From the NCBI GenBank assembly GCA_040954595.2, contig CM082586.2, forward strand, positions 10,695,337-10,759,336: a stretch of DNA of 64,000 nucleotides, in the 5' to 3' direction. The position numbers were made by a program, and so were the translations under genes. Each line of letters begins with the position of its first letter. The first letter of the stretch is position 1. A model generated the notes under the pieces. It ran no database searches and had not been told where the DNA came from. It saw nothing but the letters and a program-made list of their open reading frames with translations. Origin of the DNA: Balanoglossus misakiensis. Taxonomy: Eukaryota > Animalia > Hemichordata. Shown piece by piece: positions 37,771 to 49,480 of the stretch.

Positions 37771-39534
37771 ATGGTGAGCTGTACTCCCCAGGGAGTTGAA
37801 TGGAATGTTTAGGTCCAACGACCTAGGTCAAATGACCATGGAACAACTTTAAAGCATGTTGAGATTTAATGTGCTACATAAGTTATAAATATTATATTAA
37901 TATTATTACATAAACAACACTCTTACCTAGCTAAGGAAGTGGTCAGGTGAAAAATATTTGCAGAGCTGACCAATTATTTAAGGAATATTAAAGTTGGGTA
38001 ATTTGGACGTATTCATACGGGTGTTGGTCAATGGAAAGTCCTTTGTTCATTTTCAAAATGGCAACCAAAAATGCGAACAAAACACACTGAATTATGTACG
38101 GGATATTGGTGTTGCCTAATTTGCGTGTTTCCACATTTACTTAAACTCTCACAGGGAGACAAATGTCACAGCAAACGGAAAAATGACTATGCTACACACA
38201 ACACTTTTATTGATCATGGAAAATGTTCATGAGAATTGTGTTATGGTACTTTTCGGGGCTCACGACCTGTGTTATAGGAAATCTGACAAGGAATCCAAAC
38301 TGTACCACATACACAACACTTTAATTAAGCATGGGAAATGGTCCTGAGAACAATATTCTCAGAGTTGACAAACTGTGTTATCTGCGTTATATTGATGTTG
38401 TCTAATTTACACGCCTGTACATTTATTTATACTCTGACTTTGAGCTTAATAAGGCAGCGCCTGCTAAGGTCAATTTCCCACGTACACTTTTAATTAGCAT
38501 AGATAATGATCATGATAACTTCATTTTCAGAGCTGACAAACTGTGTTATGTGAAATTCATGTTGCCTATTTCATGATAATGGCTTGTGGTACACAAGGGT
38601 TAACAGCAATCAGCAATTGCTTGTATGATAGGTATAATGATCGATTTACAAATTTCAATGGTATAATAATGGGCAACACATGTGGAAGTGTTTAATAAAC
38701 AGTTAACTGATGTGGTGATGGTTTGTGGTAAAATTGAGGGTACACAGATTATAATGGGCAAAACAATGAATATAATAGAGGTTGATGATGGTGAATGGTT
38801 TCATATGAATGGTGTAATAAAGGTTAACAAATGTGGTGATAGCTTTGGTGTACAGGGCTGTTCATATCTTTAGTAATGACAAAGGTATAATAGTGATAAA
38901 AGCTTAAATAAGTGTTAGGGCACAATCTTCATGATGGTTCATTCATTGGTTAATGTGTATATTTTATTAATATCATGCTATTGTTTATCAGTTAGATCAT
39001 AATCAGGGTTTTTCCATGCACATAGTCATCATGAATCAGCGGAATTCTTCTGAATAGTACCTGTGATCATTTTTGCGCACCGACGCATTGTACGCGACAG
39101 ACATGCAGAAAATATTAACATGTAACTCACAGGCATAGTGTTAAATCTAAACGACTATATGTTAGATAAGCTTTACCTCCCCACCCCATCAAAATTCCAA
39201 ATTTAGCTTGATGTGACGTTTTCGGGTAGTACCAATTCGGAAACTTTCATGGTTCATTCATTGAACCAAATATTGGATTTGACACACTGTGTCTTGGGTG
39301 GGTAAAGCATGGTGAAATGTTGGCAGTAAACTTTAACCAGACAGGTCACATGAAAGGAAGATTTTATCATTTGAGTTCGATGGCATACATGATAAGATAT
39401 GTCAGTTCTGACACCATTTTTGCAGACGTAGATGCTGATGTATTTTTTCCATTGGACACAATACTCAAAGTCCAGTCTGTGTTTAAAATGATACCCTGGT
39501 CACACACAGTGAGAAATGTCAGCCTTTGACTTAA
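37675..39534 (+). repeat. Macro-repeat block, near-duplicate of 23740-25438, ending at the empty Kolobok TTAA site
   Basis: Collinear with 23740-25438 plus ~150 bp extra at ~38380-38530; ends CAGCCTTTGACTTAA|TTATCT. Confidence 0.85.
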
Positions 39535-39555
39535 TTATCTAATTTATGCATTGTT

Positions 39556-40225
39556 AACAATGCACTGTGACATTTACTGCATGTATTTTTCCCACTGTGG
39601 AAACTTACTATGCTTTGAATACATGTTCCCTAATGGGGTGTTAAAGGATACAGTAGGATCTGTTTCGGTAGCAAATATGACACTGTTTTCAACATATTTG
39701 ACTGGTGGCAATATGTGGTTTTACGTTGGTATCCATCATGTAACTCAGATCACCTATATGAAGCTCCATAGTAAATTTCACAGAAGTCGGCTGATCAATT
39801 CCAGAAAAGTAGATTTTTTACCAAAAATGTGGAAAAAGACAAAAAAATGCATAACAAGTAGAAAATTCACACTATTAGCTTAAAACATACAGAAATGTGT
39901 GAGGCTAATATAAGGTACTATCATACCATTTTTTCAAATCAACATGACCAGGACTTGTCGTGTTTCTGAGTTTTGACCAAATTAAGGTTTTCCCAGCTAA
40001 TTTGTATATATTTTTGGCAATGACAACTTCGTTTGAACAAACTCCCATCTACAGCCTAGCATGCATCTACACACCAAATATCGAGGTTATTGGCGCAACG
40101 GTTTTCAAGTTTTTGATGTGTACGGACATACATCCATCTATCCGTCCATATGTCCATACATACATACAGACGCAACCAAATCCATAAGGTCCCACTGTAT
40201 ATACCTATACAAATGGGACCAAATA
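39556..40225 (-). mobile_element. Probable non-autonomous Helentron-like element, minus strand
   Basis: GGTCCCA...TGGGACC stem-loop at 40188-40220 next to a CATA/CATC/CGTC microsatellite; CCCACTGT is repeated near the far end (~39591). The left boundary is uncertain. Confidence 0.5.
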
Positions 40226-40999
40226 AAACACAAAAAAAATAACACTTAACATCTTACAGTGCAGGGCCTTGCTAGTTGATGTGGTACAATTCTATCATAT
40301 CACTTCACAGCTGGTAGCCAAGGGCAGTGTTTGCACAGAGGAGCCTCCTGAATGTCTTCGCTCGTTCACACCTCTTCAGTGATAATGTCTGGATTACATT
40401 GACATGAAACTGTTTGTTCAGTAGTGTTTCAACTGCCAGCTACCTGGGTTCATTTTACACCCAAACACTGAAAATATTGTAGCAGTCAATAATATAACCT
40501 ACACACTGTGTGAAATTCACCATGTTCTAAAGTAATGTTGATGTCTAATGTGCATTGTGACTTACAGGGCATGCAAGGCTAAAGCTTGTCGAAAGTTGAC
40601 AAAGCAAAAGACCAGACCAGTTGCCTGTTTTAAAATGTGCTTCATTCCAAGGACCTTGGCGATGAGTCATGAATTGGGGAACGTTCATGAGACCCATTTT
40701 TTTTCACTGGACCAGCACATTTAATGATATGACCTTGAAATTGAACTGTTCCCAGGAGCTACTGAGAGTTGCCTTGTTTCACCCCCAAGTTACTACCTGG
40801 GGTTTTTACAATGTCGACAGTAGTTCCAAAAAAAAAAACGTTGTACTTTTATGAATAATCGATTAGGGTAGATTTATTCATGGTAGTAAAACTTTTTGGC
40901 CTGCAGTTGCCAAACAAAGACAATTACAAGTAAGGGACTGGACGTAAACTACCAGGGGGAGCGCAGGGAAATTGACGAAAGCGATGGCCTCAAATTAAT

Positions 41000-41350
41000 G
41001 TCATAGTCCAGTGGTTAGAGCATCAGACCCATAATCAAAGAATCAAGAGTTTGATCCCTGGCATGGTTGTGGTGTTGTGTCCTCTGGCAAGGCAATTTAC
41101 ATCTCCTTGCCTCTCCCCGCCTATAAGAAAAGGGTAATTTGGTGGATCGGATATTGTAATGTGTATGTATAGGTCTGCTTTGCTGATATAAAAGCTGCAC
41201 ATGTGAGCTGTTGTTTGCTCCCCATGGAGTGGAATGGAATATTTTAGGTCCAACGACCTAGGTCAAATTACCATGGGAAACACTTCAAAGCAGCACATTG
41301 AGATTTATTGCATAATGTGCTATATAAGTAATAAATATTATATTGATATT
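41000..41350 (+). mobile_element. tRNA-derived SINE (Deu/Nin-domain-like)
   Basis: TAGTCCAGTGGTTAGAGC (A box), GAGTTTGATCCC (B box), GTGTTGTGTCCTCTGGCAAGGCAATTTAC...TTGCCTCTC core; paralog of 22934-23270. Confidence 0.7.
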
Positions 41351-41427
41351 ATTACATAAACAACACTCTTACTTAGCAAAGGAAGTGGTCAGGTGAACTA
41401 TATTCGCAGAGCTGACCAATTGTTTAA

Positions 41428-41769
41428 AGGGGCAAAGTCTCTCATCGCTGCCTTTTTTCAATTAATTATGTATGATACAAGACGCCATTGATGTTATTCT
41501 ACATGTGGATATATGGTGAATCAACATTCGACCACACACAACTTCCGCCTCGTTTGTACGATATGAGAGTAAAAACTCGCCCAAAATGAATAAATGGTAA
41601 AGAACGATTATTCATTTTGGCGAGTTTTTCACTCTCCTGTCTATAAGAGGGATGGAAGTTGTGTGTGGTTGAACGTTCATTCGCTATATATCCACATGTA
41701 GAATAACAAACGGTGTCTCTTATCAAATATAATATGGGAAAAGGGCAGCGAGAGAGAGACTTTGTCCCT
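41428..41769. mobile_element. Kolobok-type MITE at the same site as 23348; right TTAA deleted
   Basis: TTAA at 41424-41427, then AGGGGCAAAGTCTCTC ... GAGAGAGACTTTGTCCCT, followed directly by CACATGGGG. Confidence 0.8.
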
Positions 41770-42302
41770 CACATGGGGATTAAATGCATATGCGTGTGTA
41801 TTTAAAGTTAACTGTAAATCCCCAGGTTAATACGTGGCCAAAAGCACTGTAATTTGGCATTTCTAATGATGGTGAGATGTTGTTTGCTCCCCAGGGAGTT
41901 GAATGGAATATTTAGGTCCAACATCCTAGCTCAAATGACCATGGGACAACTTAAAGCACGTTGAGATTTAATGTGCTACATAAGTTATAAATATTATAAA
42001 AATATTATTACATAAACAACACTCTTCCTTAGCAAAGGAAGTGGTCAGGTGAAATATATTCGCAGAGCTGACCAATTCTTTAAGGAAAATTAAAGTTGGG
42101 TAATTTGGATGTATTCATACGAGTGTTGGTCAATGATAGGAAAGTCCTTTGTTCATTTTCAAAATGAAAACCAAAAATGCGAACAAAACACACTGAATTA
42201 CGTATGGGATATTGATGTTGCCTAATTTGCGTGACTCTACATTTACTTAAACTCTCACAGGGAGACAAATGTCACAGCAAACGGAAAAATGATTATGCTA
42301 AG

Positions 42303-44270
42303 CAATACGCCAACCTTTAAAATATTACTTTAGAAAGTTTGTATTCATACTTTCTTCAAGTTGTCATAACGCTACCCCGAAATGTGTTTAAGTATTGCCT
42401 TTGTATTAATGGGCTAGATTCATGGCGTTATATGTCATAAATTAAAAAGCCAACCCTTATTGATTTTGATAATATTTATGTCGGAGAATCCACAATGAAA
42501 AATATGTATTTCAATTTCATAACTCAAAATGATTTTCAAATCCATGACCTTATTTTCAACTCCAGTGATCGTACATCCTGAACCTTGTGCCAGTAAATGA
42601 TTGGCCATTACAGGGTTAATGGGCACTCTCCCGTTCTCTTCCTCCGCAGTTTCATTCATGTTCTTGTTTGACGGAAATGGGTGTGACCAGACGCTTGAAT
42701 GTTTTCATGTGGGTGTCGTTGTTCATCGGGATCGGTCTCCTGGTGTGTCTGTACAGGTACGCAAGGAGAAACTGCCCACAAGAAGCTGCGAGTGAAACTA
42801 TTTAAGGTAGTATGTGCCTCGCGGTCCGAGATTCAGACAAATGATAGTCCTCAAAACTTTTTCAAGTCTTTGATTTACTAAAGTGTATGGTGAGTCTCTT
42901 TGAAAACAACAAAAACATTACTCACCATATTGTTATTTTTTTGAAAGTTTAAAATGAAGTTGACAATGTACCAAACAGATTCTATTTATTTCTTCATGAC
43001 CATGTTCACCCCAAGGTCATATGGACCTGCAAGTATATGCCAGAGCCAGAGTCGACATTACCGAAGCCAGAGTTCAAAGCTTGCAGGTCACCCCTTGCCA
43101 GCTCATGTCTAGCTAAACTGCCATGGATGCCAAGAGATATAGGACTACAGTAACCTGTAGATGGTTTCAGTATGTTTGAAGAAAGTGGTGGCGCACTTTT
43201 GGCTACATTTGAAATGGCTATGGTACCAGTGGTTGAATTTGCAAAGGTGACCTTTGACCTGGTATCATTAAAGATATTAAAGAACGATTGAACATTCCTT
43301 GTTGTCGTAAAATGACATCTGTAATAACTTATATTTTATCTGTTCATCTTGAAGTACTATATATTTAAACGCCAATTTTCCATTGCCAATCAAGTTTTTA
43401 CAAATAAATTGTAATATGCATGTTGATTTTACAAAAACTCCTTACTTCCAAGTGAATTCTGTTACACATCACGTAAATATTTTCCCCACGAATTCTTCAG
43501 TTGCTGACTCGGAAATTTCATATATTGGGCAGAAATTGGATACATTACCGAGCCATTAAAATTACAGTTTTCTATTTTAATTGATCTTCCATAACTTCAA
43601 GTACTTTGATTTGACATAAATTAAAAACATCATGGTGAATAAATAAAAAATCTTTGATTATCTAATTGTGCATGTTTACATGGTTTTATTTTAGTATGCT
43701 GGGTACTTAATGTCTAATTGCTCGCTGATTTTATACTGTTCAAGATGACAATCTAATTTTAGTTTTCAGCTGATAATGGAAATCACTGATTAAAAAAATT
43801 GAATTTTGTCATGAATAAACTTGTTGTTCATGGCAGTTGCTGTATTTTGTTTCATGTGTATTCAATTTTTGCAAGAATACCATTGAGCACAGTTTGATTT
43901 GATTAAACACGTTTATCGGAAAATTTTGTCATTTGAAATATCTGTTTTTGCGCCCTCTACCATTTGACCAAATGATTCTCTTATTTTGGTGGCCTTTGTC
44001 TGTGTATATGAGAATACTATAGTACTCTCGCATCGATGATAGTAGAAGTTGAAAACGTCTCTTGCCACGTGGCCTAGAAGAAAGGTGATCTTTAGAGTAA
44101 AATAAAACAAACTATCCAGATAGGAAGCTAGAAAAGAAGTTGAATCGTTGAAATTTTATTTATTTTTATATTGTTAATATCGTTGGTGATGTTGACTGGC
44201 CGACAATCTTTGTCACACCAGTATTTGCAGGTAGATTAAAACATTGCCTATTCCAGCAATAATCACAACA
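42303..44270 (+). repeat. ~1.97-kb direct repeat, copy 1
   Basis: Near-identical and collinear with 59102-61068 (CAATACGCCAACC ... AATAATCACAACAG). Confidence 0.92.
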
Positions 44271-44485
44271 GTCTTACTTTTTCTATCTTTGTAAGCGTTA
44301 ATCTTTATTGACCTCGCTTGTTGTTTTGTGTTTTTGTGTTGTTTTTGTTTTTGTTTTGTTTTTTTAGTAGTTTCATAATTTTATTTGTATTTTTAAAATG
44401 TTTTCCTGTTTTTTGTTTACTTTTTTATTTTTTTTACTATTTGTTGATTGTAATGCTGTATGGGTCTCGACTGTCGGTCCCAACT

Positions 44486-45782
44486 TGTCATATAATTAGG
44501 TAGTACTGGAGTCAGTGGAAACCCAGGTGCCCGCATAATTTCAGGTGTAGTGACACCGTGTATTGTCATGTTAATGAATAGGGCTTCGTTAGCTAAGTTT
44601 CGTGTAGTAAGAGAGCACACTTCAATTTAGGTCTTGAAGGGAGCAACAAGTCGGGTCTCCCTGCTCAGTGAGTAGAAATACTAGGGGAAATATTGCACCA
44701 TACCTTGCTGTGTCCATGTAATGCTGTAGCGCGCATTAGTGCTCTCAGGACCACTGTTTCTGCAATTCGAGTGGAAGTAAATTCAGTACTTCTAGAAAGC
44801 AGAATTGTGCTTATTCAGTGCAAACCGGTGTGGTCGGGTGATTGGCGTGGCTGGCATGGTCGTATGTGGTGTGGCTGGAAATTGCTCCAAGCAGAGTTCT
44901 GTGGAACCATCCTATAGACCCGGTATTGCTGAGCATGAAGTGTGGTGAAGAATTCTCGTGTAAGTAATGTATTTGTTTATTTATTTACTATAACTTAAAT
45001 TTATATTTTATGGATATTTATGTCAAATTCGACAATTTGTAAGTAATAGGACGGTCATAGTTAAAGCATAATTTTCCATGATATCACATGTAATCATGAC
45101 GCTTTAACTAGTCCAAATTTCTGATAATTATTATTGAGAAACGTCAGTATTCATTTGTGAACAGTTGCTAAGGTGGACATTTCAGTCAATGTTTGTTGAT
45201 TTTTCATTCAGCCATTTAACCCAAGACTTGCATCTAACAAGTCAGTCTTCAGTGTGTTTACTTGACTACTGGAGGACTACAAGTGGTAGAAAACATGGTG
45301 TATCACAGATTGTATGTGTAATGTGGATCGTCGCTACATCGTTCATCTATACAGGACTCCATCCCATATTGTGGTTGAATCATGATTGTTTACTATGAAT
45401 GTTATATACAGCTAAGTGACACTTACCATTGTTTAGACAATATGCAATAGACAATAAACTATAGTGATATTGTGAATATATTCATTTATGTAATATATTA
45501 AGTAACCCATTGTATTGTATGACCAATTGTATCAGCATACCTGTACCTGCTAAATTGGTTAGGACAGAGACATTTGATATTGTGCATATTGTGCACAAAA
45601 ATTATATTCCTAGTATTATCTTTATATTATTTAATTGATTTAAATTAAATCAACTGTATTATTGTATCCGCACTGGTTTGTGTAGTTTCTCCCCATACCT
45701 TATCCACGGATGTTTACTCCTTGGCACTGAGAGCTGCTCAATATTTATCCTGGAATCAGAGGGGTGCCCTCCACCTCTGACA
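44486..45782 (+). repeat. 5' LTR (~1.3 kb) of the Gmr1-like element
   Basis: TGTCA...TGACA termini. The end is fixed by the PBS; the start is inferred from TGTCA following a motif (…GGTCCCAACT) that is uninterrupted at 61379-61403. No second LTR to confirm. Confidence 0.65.
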
Positions 45783-45784
45783 TT

Positions 45785-45801
45785 TGGGGGCTCGTCCGGG
45801 A
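45785..45801 (+). promoter_or_regulatory. Primer-binding site, tRNA-Pro
   Basis: TGGGGGCTCGTCCGGGA, the canonical tRNA-Pro PBS. Confidence 0.9.
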
Positions 45802-46120
45802 GTTTTATCGTTTTGTTGTGCATTTGTTTGTATACTATCATAAATTGTTGCCATATAGTGGAGACCATGGTTTTGATAGGTAGAGATTCTGCAAATTGTG
45901 AAGACGGTGCTGGGTCTGTAGGCTGGTACTGTTACTGTATGTGCGCTTGTGGTTTCCTGCTATATAATATGGGCCGTGTTGGTTTGCGTCGTGCGTTTGG
46001 CTGTGTTGACTTGTGCTGAATGCCCTGTACTGCTAGGGGTTGTCAAACTGGGGGTTGTAAATCGCGATACAGCAAAGCATATATGCAGAAAGAATATCTA
46101 AGATAGGGAGAAAATTTGGG

Positions 46121-47893
46121 TTGGAAGGGACTGCTTTAAAAGATTATGTTAGAGAGGAACAAATTAGACAGAGGGATCTTAGGGCTACTGAGAGAGAGGA
46201 GCAGAGAGAAGATAATAGGCGGCGCGAGGAACATGAGAGAGAAATACTGAAAATGCAAATTCACTTACAAGAATTAAAATTGAAAGGGGAAAATACAGAA
46301 CAGCAGGTTACTGAAAATAATTTGGCCAAAGCGCGTGCTCCGAGACTACAGGGTTTTCGTGAGGATGTTGATGATATGGATGCGTACCTTCAACGTTTTC
46401 AGCGCTACGCCACTGCTCAGAAGTGGGAAAAAGATGACTGGGGGTGAATCTCAGTGCATATTGTTACAAGGTAAGGATGTATCCACATACAACCAAATGC
46501 CTGCAGCGTCTGCAAATAATTATGATGAATTGAAACCAGAGTTATTGAGGGCTTACCAGTTAAGTGAGGAGAGTTTTCATGACAAGTTCCGTTCGTGTAT
46601 GCCACATTATGATGAAAGTGCTCAAAAGTTTATGGACCGTATTGGTGACTATTTGGGCAGATGGGTAGAACTGGCTGGTACTCCAAAGACGTACAATGGG
46701 CTTACAGATCTGTTACTTCGAGAGCAGTTTATTGGAGTATGTTCCAGAGACATGGCAATGTTCATTAGAGAGCGACGGCCAGAGAATGTCACAGAGATGG
46801 TATCTACTGCCTCAAAATACTTAGATGCCCGAGGGTGGTGGAAACTGCCAAGTAATGCCAAGAATAATCCAAGGAGCCAGCCGACAGCAAATACCAAGCC
46901 TTCTGTATATCCAAATCAAGTAAATAAGTTTAATAACAAAACCAATGGTTCCCATGTTTTTAAAGGTACGTGCTTCGTATGTGGTAAAGGTGGTCATATG
47001 GCCAAAGATTGTAGAAGTAAGCCAAAGATGCATAAGACGGCGGTATTGTTAACTGAAGAAGATAGAAACTATCCACCTAAACAAGAATGTACACATTGGG
47101 GCAACCGTCAACAGCCCAGGGGACTAGACACTGGTTATGCATGTATGGTGGTAGCAATGGAAATAGATAAAACAGATGCAACACTGAATAAGGAGTTCGT
47201 GTTACCATGTGGTCATAAGCTCCCAGTGATGAGTGCTGCTTGTAGTGCCCATGGAGTGAAGAAGATGCCGGTAATGAAGGGATTGCTCGATGGTAAGCTG
47301 GTTAGCGTTTTGCGTGATAGTGGGTGTAGTAGCGTGGTAGTTCGAAGAAGTCTGGTGTCAAGTAATCAGCTGACTGGTGAGTACAGGACGTGTGTTCTGA
47401 TAGATGGGACTATTAGAAGAGTACCTGTAGCCTCTATAAAAGTTGATACCCCTTACTTTGTTGGTGATGTTACTGCACTGTGCATGATGAACCATGTGTA
47501 TGATTTAATACTGGGCAACATTGATGGTGTATCTGACCCTTCGAATCCTGATACTACATGGCAGGAACCATTGCCGACATGTAGACTGTGTACAACTGTT
47601 GGACAGGTACCAGGTTTAGCAAATGCTGTGGAGACCAGAGCCCAGAAGATAGCCAACCAAAAACCAATCAGAGAGCTTAAAGTACCTAAAGCTGTTGGTG
47701 AAGTGGTGATGCCAGGGAAGCTTCAACAAGCTCAAGAAGAAGACTCCACTCTTGACAAACTACGTGAGAAGGCAATTTTGGGTGACGAGAAAGTGACTAG
47801 GAATGGAGGTAGGTTGAAGTTCATCATGAAAGATGGGATCCTGTACAGAGAGTTCAATTCGCCAATGGTCCAATTTGGTGAAAAGCTGTTACA
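46121..47893 (+). pseudogene. gag: Gmr1-like gag-protease, frameshifted near 46440-46460
   Basis: Coiled coil, DDMDAYLQRFQRYA, SCAN-like LLLREQF...FIRERRP, CFVCGKGGHMAKDC, protease LRDSGCS. Confidence 0.85.
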
Positions 47894-47977
47894 CACTGCG
47901 GGAAATACTAGAGCTATGTTGGGCAGTATTCCGCGAAGCGCGAGCTCCCATGTTCACCATAGCAACGCATTGCCAAG

Positions 47978-48628
47978 ATGGCGGCGCCCGTGTTGATCGA
48001 TGCCGAGAAAGTTATAAAACGCAAATTGCGAGAGGCAAAATCTGTGCTGAAACGTAAAAAATGCGTGTCGGACAATCTGTATATACACCCACTCTTTGAT
48101 GAACTTGAGGATGTGACAACAAGGGCCATATTTCGAAACGACAAGCTGTCAAAGGACAAGATTCGTTGGCGTGACGTCGCCGTATTTCCCATGTTTCAGC
48201 GTGATATGACCTACTGGCAGAAGACCTTCTACGCTCGGCTGTCAACATCCCCGTCGTTAAGGTCACCATGGCAAAGCAGCTTTACACGACAAATGCCGAG
48301 GGAAGTATTTGATGTTTTTCATCAGTTTGCTACTCGGACCGGTTTTGGTATCGACGAGAAGACCTCCAGGGCTATCATAACCTTGACCTTCACAAGTTCC
48401 TTGAAGCTATTGTATGTGATACGGAAAGGTTATTGCTACGAGGGCGCTATCGGTCAGCATACAGAGAATATCCTAGAGAAGAAAGTCCGTGGAAAGAGGG
48501 TAGCTGTTATATTCACACCTGAGAAGCCCTGTGTTGTGAAATATTTTATCAACAGGGAGACTGTTGCTGTTAGATTCAGCTTTGGTGCCTGGAACAAACA
48601 TGGAATTCCATTACATCCAGAGAACTGA
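47978..48628 (+). CDS. 216-aa basic protein of unknown function, encoded by the transposon
   Basis: Intact ORF starting 85 bp inside the left end, start context CAAGATGGCGG, AATAAA ~130 bp downstream of the stop; no domain recognised. Confidence 0.75.
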   Translation: MAAPVLIDAEKVIKRKLREAKSVLKRKKCVSDNLYIHPLFDELEDVTTRAIFRNDKLSKDKIRWRDVAVFPMFQRDMTYWQKTFYARLSTSPSLRSPWQSSFTRQMPREVFDVFHQFATRTGFGIDEKTSRAIITLTFTSSLKLLYVIRKGYCYEGAIGQHTENILEKKVRGKRVAVIFTPEKPCVVKYFINRETVAVRFSFGAWNKHGIPLHPEN

Positions 48629-49480
48629 ACCCTATTGATTTTTCACACTGATTCAACCCATCTGAGGAACATTTTTTTCCTGATCTGTGGCACATGTTGT
48701 TCAGTGTAGATGTATCAGTCTGTCAAGACAGTCCTCTCACAATTGACATATATTCAAATAAAAAAAGGAAAATTAGAAGACTCAAAAATTCATCACTTGT
48801 CTTTATTTATCTACATTCAATACAAATGAACAGATAATGTTTACAAAATTTCCTAAACTGTAAAATTCTTTTTTTCCATCATTATTGTAACATAGATTTT
48901 TCATTAGTTTCAGAAAAAAATGTATGTTACCTACAATCAACATTGATAAGTCAATCAAAACTGCTCATCTAACAGTTAACCAGGATTTCTGGTCTAAATT
49001 TAATTAATATTTACAATTAATTCCATGACAAAATTTATAAATATCAAGAATTTGATGAGACTTAATTCTTTATTTTTTCACAAATTCATTAAAATTTCGT
49101 GCAGGTGCAGAATAAACAACTCCTCAAGAAAAATGTAAAACTTTTCTATCAAGCTTATGTATGTCATACATTTTAATTTTGCAAAGCACTGCAATCACTA
49201 TACGATTAAGGGTTTATTCACAATACTTAATAGTGGTAAGATAAGTTTCAATTTCCCTGTCCCCATACATGCACACATATACAAAATCCCATAAGAAACA
49301 TATCATCTCCAGTTCAAAAAGTGTGAATTCATGTGATTTGTGATCTCCATTTTTATTAAATGCAGCTCTCAACTACAGATGAGTCTTTATAATTCTGTAA
49401 TGTAATTAATACTATAGTTATCCTTTAATTCTAAAGTAGCACACAGTGACACAATCCACTGTTTCAAATTCAATCATTGT

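Noticed and set aside
40250-40570. Minus-strand exon-like segments bounded by AG/GTAAG
   Set aside because: No convincing open frame or recognisable product.
25439-41769. One 16-kb Kolobok running from 25439 to the TIR at 41769
   Set aside because: The 41769 end pairs with its own left TIR at 41428, as in the paralogous MITE at 23348-23678, and lacks a TTAA.
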